A DNA stretch of 64,000 bases from Clostridiales bacterium. GTDB lineage: Bacteria > Bacillota > Clostridia > Christensenellales > Aristaeellaceae. The notes under the pieces are model-generated. The model was given only the letters and a program-made list of their open reading frames with translations. It did not search any database and had not been told where the DNA came from. Position numbers and translations under genes: made by a program. Of the stretch, positions 36,902-45,891 are shown piece by piece (positions within the stretch are counted from its first letter, which is position 1; each line of letters opens with the position of its first letter). The stretch covers positions 4,440 through 68,439 of the forward strand of contig JAQXLU010000038.1 of the NCBI GenBank assembly GCA_029012285.1, given 5' to 3'.

Positions 36902-37858
36902 ATGACCAAGAAGGAACGTGTGATTGCCGCGATGAACAACCAGGCGGTGGATCGTCCGCCGGTGGGGTTCTGGTTCCACTTTACCGGCGAGGAGCAGCAG
37001 GGGGAGCCCTGCGTCCAGGCGCATCTGCGCTACTATAACCATGTCGATGTGGACATTGCCAAGCTCATGTGCGACGGCTATTTCGACTACCCCAACCCCG
37101 TGGCGAAGGCCGTGCAAAAGCCGGAGGACTGGTACAGATTGCAGCCCCTGGGCCCGGAAAGCGACTTCATCCGTGGTCAGGTGGAACGCGCGAAGGCCGT
37201 CAAGGCTGGCTTGACGAGCGACTGCCTGGTGCTCTACAATGTGTTCGCGCCGTTCTCCTCCATCCGCTTTGGTACCTCCGATGAGCTGGTGATGCGCCAT
37301 CTCCGCCAGGACCCGGAGGCCATCCACTACGCGCTGAACATCATCGCCAGGGACAACGCGCTTCTGTGCGAGAAGCTCATCACCGAGGCGGGCATCGACG
37401 GCGTGTACTACTGCGTCCAGGGCGGCGAGAAGGATCGCTTCACCCCCGAGCAGTACCGCCGCCACATCACCCCCTCCGACAAAATGGTGCTGGAGCATGC
37501 CAACCGCTTTTCCGATTTGAACGTGCTCCACTGCTGCGGCTGGGCAGGCATCCCCAACCACCTGGAGGTCTGGCAGGACTACCCCGCCAAGGCCGTCAAC
37601 TGGGCCTGCTTTGTGGAAAACGTCGATCTGACCAGGGGCAAGGCCTTCTTCGGCGGAAAGTGTGTGCTGGGCGGCTTTGACAACCGCAAGGATTCGGTGA
37701 TGGTGAAGGGCAGCCGGGAGGAGATCCAGCAATACGCCCGGGCGCTTGTTCGCCAGCACGGCAAGACGGGCGTCATGCTCGGCGCGGACTGCACCTTGCC
37801 GGCGGGCATCGACACACAGCGCATGCAGTGGGTCGTGGACGCGGTGAACGATCTGTAA
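36902..37858 (+). CDS. Uroporphyrinogen-decarboxylase-family (URO-D/MtaA-like) protein
   Basis: The start is MTKKERVIAAMNNQAVDRPPVGFWFHF and the overall fold pattern matches URO-D-like methyltransferase/decarboxylase proteins. The RBS is GGGAGG. Confidence 0.6.
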   Translation: MTKKERVIAAMNNQAVDRPPVGFWFHFTGEEQQGEPCVQAHLRYYNHVDVDIAKLMCDGYFDYPNPVAKAVQKPEDWYRLQPLGPESDFIRGQVERAKAVKAGLTSDCLVLYNVFAPFSSIRFGTSDELVMRHLRQDPEAIHYALNIIARDNALLCEKLITEAGIDGVYYCVQGGEKDRFTPEQYRRHITPSDKMVLEHANRFSDLNVLHCCGWAGIPNHLEVWQDYPAKAVNWACFVENVDLTRGKAFFGGKCVLGGFDNRKDSVMVKGSREEIQQYARALVRQHGKTGVMLGADCTLPAGIDTQRMQWVVDAVNDL

Positions 37859-37899
37859 CGCATACGGCGGCTATCCCCCCAAGGGACAGCCGCCGTTCC

Positions 37900-38790
37900 T
37901 TATGCGTTCTTCCGGCTTTGCTGCAATTCGTTCCATAGCGTGAAGCCCAGGATCATCAGCCCGCCCAGCACCTGCAGCGGGGACATGTGCTCCCGCAGCA
38001 GCGCCACTGACAGCACGCAGGCCAGCAGCGGGTCGATGTAGGACAGGATGGCGATTTCCTGGCCGGGCAGCTCCTTGAGCGAAGGGAAGTACAGGCAGTA
38101 GGCCAGGCAGGTGTGCACCCCGCCGACGATCAGCAGCATGACCCAGCCCTTCCCATCCAGATTGCCCAGGGTGAAGCCGCCGGTGCACAGCACATAGGGC
38201 AGCAGAATCACGATGGCCGCCAGGAATTGCAGATAGGTCCGCTCCAGCCCGGTCACACGGCGGATGCACTTGTTCAGCAGCATCACGCTGGCGTAGAACA
38301 CCGCCGCCCCCAGCCCGAAAAGGATGCCCGTCAGGTGGCTCGACCCGGCGGAAAGATCCCCCAGCCCGGTCAGGAGCACCAGCCCCAGGGTGGATAGGAG
38401 GAAGCACAGCCATTGGCGCGCGCTCATTTTCTCCCTGAACAGCAGCGGACAGGCCAGCGTCACCAGCACCGGGGCGAAGTAGTAGCTCAGCGTCGCCACG
38501 GACACGGTGGTGTACTTGTATGCCTCAAAGAGCAGAATCCAGTTGACGCCCATCGCCATGCCGGAGAGCAGGAGCAGCGGCAGCTCCCTGCCCAGGCCGC
38601 GCAGACGGATGCGCCCGGCGGCCTTTTTCCGGCAGAGGAAGGCCCCCGTCAGCAGCGCCGCGGCAATCACCGCCCGGTACAGCGCCAGCTCCGCCGAGGA
38701 GACGCTGATGGCCCGGACAAACAGGCCGATGGTGCCGAAAATCGCCATCGCTCCGATGAGCGACAGCCTTGCCCGATGGTGGGTATTCAT
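37900..38790 (-). CDS. EamA/DMT-family transporter
   Basis: The protein has ten hydrophobic segments in two EamA-like halves. Its start lies 9 nt after the GH35 stop. Confidence 0.75.
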   Translation of the reverse strand: MNTHHRARLSLIGAMAIFGTIGLFVRAISVSSAELALYRAVIAAALLTGAFLCRKKAAGRIRLRGLGRELPLLLLSGMAMGVNWILLFEAYKYTTVSVATLSYYFAPVLVTLACPLLFREKMSARQWLCFLLSTLGLVLLTGLGDLSAGSSHLTGILFGLGAAVFYASVMLLNKCIRRVTGLERTYLQFLAAIVILLPYVLCTGGFTLGNLDGKGWVMLLIVGGVHTCLAYCLYFPSLKELPGQEIAILSYIDPLLACVLSVALLREHMSPLQVLGGLMILGFTLWNELQQSRKNA

Positions 38791-38799
38791 CGCAAAGCC

Positions 38800-40971
38800 T
38801 CACTTCTCCTGGGACAGGGTGATCTCATCCACCGGGATGATTTCGGCGGACAGCAGCTCCGCCTTCAGCCCGGAGGCGCGCTCCATCCGGCCCGCCATCG
38901 CGGAGGACACGTCCACCACGACGTTTTCCTTGATGGGGGTGATGTAAAGGGTCAGCGGGTCGCGGGATAGCGCGGTAGCCTCGCAGTCGATGCGGATATC
39001 CCATGGCGCGCCGTTGGCAAAGTTGTCGGAGATCATCCGCCCACCCACAAAGGCATGCCCGATGTCGCCGGTATAATGCACCCGCAGCAGCACCTGTTTG
39101 TGCCCGGCGAGGCTTTCCTGCGGAATGTCCACCACATAGCGGCCCACGCCGACCTGGTGGAAGGCCGCCTGCACGACCGGGCGCTTCTCCCCCAGGATGC
39201 GCCTTTGCCACGCGCCGCGCTCCCAGGTGGAGAGGGTGACCAGGCCGTCGTCGGTTTCCGCGCGCAACGCGTCGCCGCATTGCATCAGCGGCTTGTCGCA
39301 CAGGTAGGCCTTGCCGCCCAGCAGGTAGAAATGATTGCTGTCCCTGCGGCTCAGGGTGACGAGGGTCAAATTGTCCACATGGAGGATCTCCCCCGGCTGC
39401 GGGGCGTACGCCTGTCCGCCGATGCCGTATACAGGCTGCATGCCGTCGGGGGCCAGGAAGAACCAGGTGTCGCCGATGTGCGCCATGGGCATGGCGGTGG
39501 CCCAGTCCAGCTGGACGCTGCCCAGCGTCACGCCAAAGGGCAGCACCGCGTTTTCCCCTGCGGCAAGGCTGAAGCGGAAGGTCACATCACCGCCGGGCAA
39601 ACGCAGGGTGACGCTTTCATCCCGCCTGTCCGTCATGTCGATGTGGTCCTGGAAGTTGTTCACGAACAGGAAGCCCGCATCCCCCTTTACGCGCACGCAG
39701 AAGCGCAGCGGGCCGAGGTCGTCGGGGGCCAGGTCGCACAGATGCTCGGGCAGCACGGTCTTGGTTTCCGCCAGCAGCTCCGCAAAGGTCTGGCAGAACA
39801 GGTGGAGGGCCTTCAAGCGGCCGTAGCTTTCCCGCACCTGTCCGAATTCCCCCAGCGCCGCCTGGTAGTCGTAGCTGCGCTTGCTGACCTGGCTCTCGTT
39901 GAGGTAGGGCGTGCGCAGCCCGGTGGGGTTCGTGCCGCCCTTGTACATGTAGTAGCCCAGCAGATTGCAGCCGCTGCCCAGCTTGGTGTTGGCCAGCGCG
40001 TCGATGGCGCGCATGTCCATCTGGAAGCGATAGTTGTAGGAGCACATCATGCCGCCCATCATCTCGCAGCAGGCATAGGGGCGGCTTTCTGGCGGATAGG
40101 CGGGCGCAAAGTTGTAGGTGGCGGGCACGGCGTTGTTGTGGTTGTCCCGGTAGATGTATTCCGGGGTGGCGGGGTGCGCGCCGGTGCGGTTGTAGAAAAT
40201 CCACGGTTGATAGGAGTACCCGCCCCACAGGGGAAGGGCCTCGTCCACGGGGGTGATGGCGCCGCCCCAGGCTGTGGTGGTGTAGAAGGGCGTGACGATG
40301 CCCTCCTCCTGCATGATGCGCTTGAGGGCGAGCATGTAGTCCTCGCCGGAATGCCCGCCGTTCACCCATTCGCAGGACACGCCCGTGGTGATCTCCCAGG
40401 GCGCGGAGGAATGTTGGTATTCGTTTTCGATCTGCGCGGCGATGATGCATCCGCCCTGGGCGAAATAGTGCCCGTCCAGCTGCTGGTGCACGGCGCGGAA
40501 GAAGCGCCGCGTGGCTGCCAGGAAGCCCGGATTGTTGTCCCGCACGTCATAGGGCTTGCCGTAGAGCCAGTCCGGCAGACCGCCATTGCGGAATTCTCCG
40601 TGGCAAAACGGCCCCATCCGCATGATGAGAAGCATCCCATGCCGCTCGCAGATTTCCACGAAGCGCCGCACGTCCCGGCAGCCGTCGAAGCGGAAGACGC
40701 CTTCCTCCTCCTCGTGCACAATCCAGAACACATAGGTGCTGATGATGTTGATGCCCCCGGCCTTCATTTTGAGGACGGCGTCCTCCCACTGATCCGGGGA
40801 CACACGGCAATAATGCATTTCCCCGCTCACGCCGAAAAACGCCCTGCCGCGTCGCAGCATGGCGTAATTGGTGAAGGCGATAGCATCCCCCGCAGGGCTT
40901 GTGCCGCTGAATTTCTCCGACAGGGGCACAATCCGCTTGGGTGTGACGGCGCGTAAATCAAGGGTGTACAT
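38800..40971 (-). CDS. GH35 beta-galactosidase
   Basis: The sequence reads GINIISTYVFWIVHEEEEGVFRFDGCRDVRRFVEICERHGMLLIMRMGPFCHGEFRNGGLPDWL. The ATG at 40971 lies 6 nt after AGGAGG. Confidence 0.85.
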   Translation of the reverse strand: MYTLDLRAVTPKRIVPLSEKFSGTSPAGDAIAFTNYAMLRRGRAFFGVSGEMHYCRVSPDQWEDAVLKMKAGGINIISTYVFWIVHEEEEGVFRFDGCRDVRRFVEICERHGMLLIMRMGPFCHGEFRNGGLPDWLYGKPYDVRDNNPGFLAATRRFFRAVHQQLDGHYFAQGGCIIAAQIENEYQHSSAPWEITTGVSCEWVNGGHSGEDYMLALKRIMQEEGIVTPFYTTTAWGGAITPVDEALPLWGGYSYQPWIFYNRTGAHPATPEYIYRDNHNNAVPATYNFAPAYPPESRPYACCEMMGGMMCSYNYRFQMDMRAIDALANTKLGSGCNLLGYYMYKGGTNPTGLRTPYLNESQVSKRSYDYQAALGEFGQVRESYGRLKALHLFCQTFAELLAETKTVLPEHLCDLAPDDLGPLRFCVRVKGDAGFLFVNNFQDHIDMTDRRDESVTLRLPGGDVTFRFSLAAGENAVLPFGVTLGSVQLDWATAMPMAHIGDTWFFLAPDGMQPVYGIGGQAYAPQPGEILHVDNLTLVTLSRRDSNHFYLLGGKAYLCDKPLMQCGDALRAETDDGLVTLSTWERGAWQRRILGEKRPVVQAAFHQVGVGRYVVDIPQESLAGHKQVLLRVHYTGDIGHAFVGGRMISDNFANGAPWDIRIDCEATALSRDPLTLYITPIKENVVVDVSSAMAGRMERASGLKAELLSAEIIPVDEITLSQEK

Positions 40972-41030
40972 CGCGTCCCTCCTGCTCATTTGTCTGTCTC
41001 ATTCATCGTGGAAGTGCGGCGCAGACGTGG

Positions 41031-41879
41031 TTATCCCACCGCTTCATTCGCCGTGGTCAGCTGCATCAGCCGCCAGTTTTCTAAGACCTCCTCCAGTAGC
41101 CGCATTTCATACGCGCCCAGCTGGTAGGGCTGCGCCCTGGCGGGATCATAGGTGAGGGTCAGCTGTACCATCACGGCGGCGTAGGGCGCGCTGCCCAGGT
41201 TGATCTGCCGGTCAAGGCGGGTCTTGATGCCGGTGAAGTGGCTCGTGCCCAGGGTGGTTGCGGTGATGGCGTCGGTGGCGATGTACACATTCGCCTTTTC
41301 GATTTTGCCCTCCACCTGCACATTGGCGGACACGGTCAACATCCCGTCCAGGACGGAGAAGTACACCTCGCCCAGCTGCAAATCGCCCGATCGCAATGGG
41401 AAGGTGGCGGTCTCCTGATTGAGTGCGTCCAGGTCGAGCACCACGGCGTACTTCTGCCCGCTGCCGCCATTCAACTCCGACAGGGGCAATCCGCCGGCGT
41501 ACACGGCGGGGTCGGTGAGCATCGGCTGTTCCCGGGTGACGGTGAAGGCATGCGTGCCGCCGTCGGTGGTGAGGGTGACGGTGTAGTCGCAGCTTTCGCC
41601 CTCCAGGGGCAGGTGAATGTCGCTGGAGCGGAATGTGCCGGAGCACACCCCGTAGTCGCGCTGGTAGATGAGATATCCCCACTGGTCGCAGACCGACAAT
41701 GTCACATCGGTTTCCTCCGGCAATGGGCATTTCACCTGTAGATAGGGGCGGGCCGTGGTCACATGGGTGGCAGCGGTCGCATCCGCGACGATGCACACGT
41801 CCTCCGCCAGGGCGGGCACGGCGCTCAGGAGCAGTGCGCACAGCAGGAGCAGCGTCAGCATGCGTTTCAGTTGGCGCAT
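41031..41879 (-). CDS. Secreted hypothetical protein (beta-rich)
   Basis: The signal peptide is MRQLKRMLTLLLLCALLLSAVPALA. The ATG at 41879 follows GAGGTGA. I recognise no family. Confidence 0.55.
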   Translation of the reverse strand: MRQLKRMLTLLLLCALLLSAVPALAEDVCIVADATAATHVTTARPYLQVKCPLPEETDVTLSVCDQWGYLIYQRDYGVCSGTFRSSDIHLPLEGESCDYTVTLTTDGGTHAFTVTREQPMLTDPAVYAGGLPLSELNGGSGQKYAVVLDLDALNQETATFPLRSGDLQLGEVYFSVLDGMLTVSANVQVEGKIEKANVYIATDAITATTLGTSHFTGIKTRLDRQINLGSAPYAAVMVQLTLTYDPARAQPYQLGAYEMRLLEEVLENWRLMQLTTANEAVG

Positions 41880-41966
41880 GGGAAGGTCACCTCGAAAGAA
41901 TGGTTTCAGTATGATAACGAATGGGAAGCGGGTTTTCATCCAGGGAGGAGGAAAAATGCGGGGACA

Positions 41967-42103
41967 CTCCCTCAGTCTCCGCTGACGCGGAGCCAGCTCC
42001 CTCAAGGAGGGAGCCTTTTGGTCGGAGGCCCCTTTGTAGTTGCGGGTGCAGTAACTTAGGCTCCCTCCGGGAGGGAGCTGTCGCCGTTAGGCGACTGAGG
42101 GAG
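41967..42103. repeat. Multi-hairpin MITE/REP-like element, family 2, full copy
   Basis: The ends are inverted (CTCCCTCAG at 41967-41975, CTGAGGGAG at 42095-42103). Internal hairpins are CTCCGC-TGAC-GCGGAG, GCTCCCTC-AAG-GAGGGAGC, GCTCCCTC-CGG-GAGGGAGC and GTCGCC-GTTA-GGCGAC. Related partial copies lie at about 45958-46010 and 48272-48316, and a possible short remnant at about 24110-24131. Confidence 0.7.
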
Positions 42104-42240
42104 AACGCGGGAGCCGCTTCGCCAGCTTCCTGCATCCGGGCTGCATGCCTGCACATTCCGCCAAGCCCTCCTGACGGAAGTTCGGCGCACAGGCAGACTT
42201 TTCCTGCCGGAACAACAGGAATTTGTCTTCTCTAGACTGC

Positions 42241-42690
42241 CTAACCAAGCGGATAACTTATTTCATCTCCCCAGCTTAATACAAGTTCAAAATAATCATC
42301 TACTTCTAATAATCCATACGACCATAAAAAAGCCCTATCTTTTTCACTAAGTTCATTAAGTTTTTTCCAACATACATTTTTTATTGATTGTTCTTCTCCC
42401 GCTGGAACTTCTGGGTCCATTCCAACAATCGCCTCCTGTTCTTCCGAAACATCAACTAAAAATACATATTCTACACTTCCATCTTTGCAATGTAATGTGT
42501 TTAGAGGTCTATTAATCACTCCTTCCAAACCACATTCTTCTTTCAATTCTCTTATAGCAGCTTCCTCTGCTGTTTCATCAATTTCAATTCCACCACCTGG
42601 AAGTTCCCAAATATATCTATTGAATCGAAATGTTTTTATCATCAAAATCTTGTCATCCCTAACAACCAAAGCCATACTTCTATTACGCAC
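42241..42690 (-). CDS. NUDIX hydrolase on a low-GC island
   Basis: The Nudix box reads GGGIEIDETAEEAAIRELKEECGL. The GTG at 42690 lies 7 nt after GGAGGA, with an alternative ATG at 42675. GC is about 35%, against about 58% in the neighbouring leuS lines. Confidence 0.85.
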   Translation of the reverse strand: MRNRSMALVVRDDKILMIKTFRFNRYIWELPGGGIEIDETAEEAAIRELKEECGLEGVINRPLNTLHCKDGSVEYVFLVDVSEEQEAIVGMDPEVPAGEEQSIKNVCWKKLNELSEKDRAFLWSYGLLEVDDYFELVLSWGDEISYPLG

Positions 42691-42756
42691 TGATATTCCT
42701 CCACAAATTCAAATTTGCCAGCCTGTTCCCCTTCATTTTATCACACCCCGCCCCCA

Positions 42757-42794
42757 AACACAAGAACGCCGCCGTCCCTTTTAGGCGCGGCGGC
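42757..42794 (-). terminator. Terminator after leuS
   Basis: The minus strand reads GCCGCCG-CGCCTAAAAGGGA-CGGCGGC followed by GTTCTTGTGTTT. Confidence 0.55.
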
Positions 42795-42801
42795 AAATGG
42801 C

Positions 42802-45225
42802 TTATTTGGCGATGAAGTTCACCAGGCGGCCGGGCACGAAGATGGTCTTGACCACCTGCTTGCCTGCCAGGATCTTCTCCACCTCGGGATGCTTCACCAG
42901 CTCGGTCTCGGCGGCTTCCTTGGTCATGTCCGCGGGAATCATGATGCGCCCGCGAATCTTGCCGCAGACCTGCACCGCGATTTCCACCTCGGACTTCACC
43001 AGCGCGGCTTCATCCCACTTCGGCCAGGGGGTGTAGGCCAATTCGCCCTCGCAGCCCAGCATCTGCCAGAGCTCCTCTGTCATATGGGGCGCGACGGGGT
43101 TCAAAAGCTGCAAGAGCGCCTTGTACTCGCCCACCGTCACGCTGCCCTTCTGGTAGAGCTCGTTGACCAGGGTCATCATCTGGGCGATGGCGGTGTTGAA
43201 CTTCATGGCCTCATAGTCCTCGGAGACCTTCTTGATGGTTTGGTGGACGGAGGCCTTCATGTCGTCGGAGAAGGCGTCGGGGCAATCTCCGGGGACGACC
43301 ATCTCCTGCATGCGCCACACGCGGTCGAGGAATTTGCGGCAGCCCTTGGCGCCGTTGGTGGACCACGGGATTGCCTGGTCGAAAGCGCCCATGAACATCT
43401 CATACAGGCGGAAGGCGTCCGCGCCGATGTCGTCGATGATGTCGTCCGGGTTGACCACATTGCCGCGGGACTTGGACATCTTCTCGCCGTCAGAGCCCAG
43501 GATCATGCCGTGGGCGGTGCGCTTCATGTAGGGCTCGGGGCAGCTGACCTCGCCCAGGTCGTAGAGGAACTGATGCCAGAAGCGGCTGTAGAGCAGATGA
43601 CGGGTGACATGCTCCATGCCACCGTTGTACCAGTCCACGGGCATCCAGTAATCGAGGGCTTCCTTGGCGGCAAAGACCTTGTCGTTATGCGGGTCGCAGT
43701 AGCGCAGGAAGTACCAGGAGGAACCGGCCCACTGGGGCATGGTGTCGGTCTCGCGCTGGGCGGCCGCGCCGCACTTGGGGCAGGTGCAGTTAACAAAGCT
43801 GTCGATGTGGGCCAGGGGGGACTTGCCGTCAGTGCCGGGCTGGAAGTCGTCCACATCGGGCAAACGCAGGGGCAGCTCCTCGTAGGGGACGGCCACCACG
43901 CCGCAGTGGGGGCAGTGAATCAGCGGGATGGGCTCGCCCCAGTAGCGCTGGCGGTTGAAGGCCCAGTCCTTCATCTTGTACTGCACGCCGGCCTTGCCGT
44001 AGCCTTTGGCCTCGATCTCCTCCAGCACGCGGGCAATGGAATCCTTCTTGTTGGTGTAGCCGTTGAGGAAGCCGGAGTTGACCATCTCGCCGTCACCCGT
44101 GTAGGCTTCCTTGGTGATGTCGCCGCCCTTGATGACCTCGATGATCTCCACGCCGAACTTCTTTGCAAACTCCCAGTCGCGCTGGTCGTGGGCGGGCACG
44201 GCCATGATGGCGCCTGTGCCGTAGCCCATCATCACATAGTCGGAGATGAAGATGGGCACCTCCTTGCCGGTGAGCGGATTGATGCCATTGAGACCCTCGA
44301 TGCGCAATCCGGTCTTGTCCTTGACCAGCTGGGTGCGCTCGAACTCGGTCTTTTTGGCGCATTCCTCCCGGTAGGCGCGGATGGCGTCCATGTTGGTGAT
44401 TTTGCCGGCGTACTTGTCGATCATGGGATGCTCGGGGGCCATGACCATGAACGTCACGCCAAAGAGGGTATCGGGGCGGGTGGTGTAGATGGTCAGCTTC
44501 TCGTCCACGCCGGTGATGGCGAAGTTCACGAACGCGCCGGTGGATTTGCCAATCCAGTTCACCTGCTGCTGCTTGATGTTCTCGGGGTAATCCACCAGGT
44601 CAAGGCCCTGGAGCAGCTTATCGGCGTACTTGGTGATGCGCAGATACCACACATCCTTGGGCAGCTGCACCACGTCGCCGTGGCACACGTCGCACTTGCC
44701 GCCCTGGCTGTCCTCGTTGGACAGGACGACCTTGCAATTCGGGCAGTAGTTGACCAGCGTCTTGTCGCGGAAAACCATGCCGTTCTCAAACAGCTTGAGG
44801 AAGATCCACTGCGTCCACTTGTAGTAGTTGGGATCGGTGGTATCCACCTCGCGGCTGTAATCGAAGGAGAAGCCCAGGCGCTTGAGCTGGGCGCGGAAGT
44901 GATCAACGTTCTGCTTGGTCACGATGGCGGGGTGGATGTTGTTCTTGATGGCGTAGTTCTCGGTGGGCAGGCCGAAGGCATCCCAGCCGATGGGGAAGAG
45001 GACGTTATGCCCCTCCATACGGCGCTTGCGGGCGATGATGTCCATGGCGGTGTTGGAGCGGGGATGGCCCACGTGCAGGCCATGGCCGGAGGGGTAGGGG
45101 AACTCGATCAGGCCATAGAACTTGGGCTTGGAATAATCGTTGGTGGCGGCGAAGGTCTGGTGATCCTCCCAGTGCTTCTGCCATTTCGGCTCAATTTCTG
45201 CCGGATTGTAGGGCTTGAACTCCAT
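42802..45225 (-). CDS. leuS: Leucine--tRNA ligase
   Basis: The start is MEFKPYNPAEIEPKWQKHWEDHQTF, with a HIGH-type motif (PYPSGHGLHVGH) and KMSKS. The ATG at 45225 follows AAAGGAGGAA. Confidence 0.95.
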   Translation of the reverse strand: MEFKPYNPAEIEPKWQKHWEDHQTFAATNDYSKPKFYGLIEFPYPSGHGLHVGHPRSNTAMDIIARKRRMEGHNVLFPIGWDAFGLPTENYAIKNNIHPAIVTKQNVDHFRAQLKRLGFSFDYSREVDTTDPNYYKWTQWIFLKLFENGMVFRDKTLVNYCPNCKVVLSNEDSQGGKCDVCHGDVVQLPKDVWYLRITKYADKLLQGLDLVDYPENIKQQQVNWIGKSTGAFVNFAITGVDEKLTIYTTRPDTLFGVTFMVMAPEHPMIDKYAGKITNMDAIRAYREECAKKTEFERTQLVKDKTGLRIEGLNGINPLTGKEVPIFISDYVMMGYGTGAIMAVPAHDQRDWEFAKKFGVEIIEVIKGGDITKEAYTGDGEMVNSGFLNGYTNKKDSIARVLEEIEAKGYGKAGVQYKMKDWAFNRQRYWGEPIPLIHCPHCGVVAVPYEELPLRLPDVDDFQPGTDGKSPLAHIDSFVNCTCPKCGAAAQRETDTMPQWAGSSWYFLRYCDPHNDKVFAAKEALDYWMPVDWYNGGMEHVTRHLLYSRFWHQFLYDLGEVSCPEPYMKRTAHGMILGSDGEKMSKSRGNVVNPDDIIDDIGADAFRLYEMFMGAFDQAIPWSTNGAKGCRKFLDRVWRMQEMVVPGDCPDAFSDDMKASVHQTIKKVSEDYEAMKFNTAIAQMMTLVNELYQKGSVTVGEYKALLQLLNPVAPHMTEELWQMLGCEGELAYTPWPKWDEAALVKSEVEIAVQVCGKIRGRIMIPADMTKEAAETELVKHPEVEKILAGKQVVKTIFVPGRLVNFIAK

Positions 45226-45303
45226 GGGGATTCCTCCTTTAATCTCAATGCTGCACCTGGCGAAGCCAAAAAGGGTCAAGGGGCTAAGCCCCTTGCAGGG
45301 TCC

Positions 45304-45413
45304 AGGGGCAGCGCCCCAGGCAGGGTGAAGGGGCAGCGCCCCTTCCTCCGCGCCCGCAGGCGCACATCAGCCCGGCGCGCCTTTCGCGAATCCAAAAGAT
45401 TCGCGAAACAGCC
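45304..45413. repeat. Multi-hairpin intergenic repeat, family 1, copy b
   Basis: It has the same ordered hairpin modules as 23791-23897, in the same orientation. Confidence 0.8.
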
Positions 45414-45448
45414 CACGCAGCCAGACAGAAGCCGTCCACCCGCGCCGC

Positions 45449-45608
45449 TATTCTCCGCGCTGCAATCTACCAGCGCCGACCATTCTCCGCGCCGCAATCT
45501 ACCAGCGCCGACCATTCTCTGCGCCGCAAGCTACCAGCGCCGACCATTCTCCGCGCCGCAATTTATCAGCGCCGACCATTCTCCGCGCCGCTATTGTCCG
45601 CGCCGATC
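45449..45608. repeat. Tandem repeat, 5 units of 32 bp (consensus CATTCTCCGCGCCGCAATCTACCAGCGCCGAC)
   Basis: Unit starts are at 45449, 45481, 45513, 45545 and 45577, and the last unit is degenerate. Each unit has a 16-bp sub-period with a shared GCGCCG core. The units are contiguous, with no spacers. Confidence 0.9.
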
Positions 45609-45659
45609 ATACAGCCGCCCCTTGCGCCCAACACCTTGGCTTCTATGTGTTTGCGGGGA

Positions 45660-45890
45660 AAAGAAAAACGCTTCGCCCCTGCAAAAATCGCAAAGACGAA
45701 GCGTGAACTTCGCGGTACCACTCTGCTTGCCCGTCAAACGGGCCCCTCTTGCGCGTAACGTGCGCCAATCGCCGGCAAGCCGGAATCACTCCCGGGCGAG
45801 CGGTTCTCCCTGCCTGTCCGCGCTTGCACCCACCGCGCGGCTCTCTGCACCAGGGGACGGGAGAACGTTCCCATTCATCGTGAATAAGGG
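45660..45890 (-). promoter_or_regulatory. T-box riboswitch leader, Leu (CUC) specifier
   Basis: On the minus strand the T-box core is GAGTGGTACCGCG (45711-45723). The terminator is CGCTTCG..CGAAGCG plus TTTTTCTTTT (45664-45703). Stem I contains the AGAGA and GGTGCAA elements. The specifier loop GAACCGCUCGC sits between the CUCCCG/CGGGAG and CCCUG/CAGGG helices, with CUC at 45798-45800. Confidence 0.8.
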
Positions 45891-45891
45891 G

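Noticed and set aside
39055-40956. 633-aa ORF on the plus strand
   Set aside because: It is antisense to the GH35 beta-galactosidase gene and is a shadow ORF.
45449-45608. Possible CRISPR array suggested by the 32-bp repeat length
   Set aside because: The units are directly contiguous with no spacers, the last unit simply decays, and there are no cas genes in the window. It is a tandem minisatellite, not a CRISPR array.
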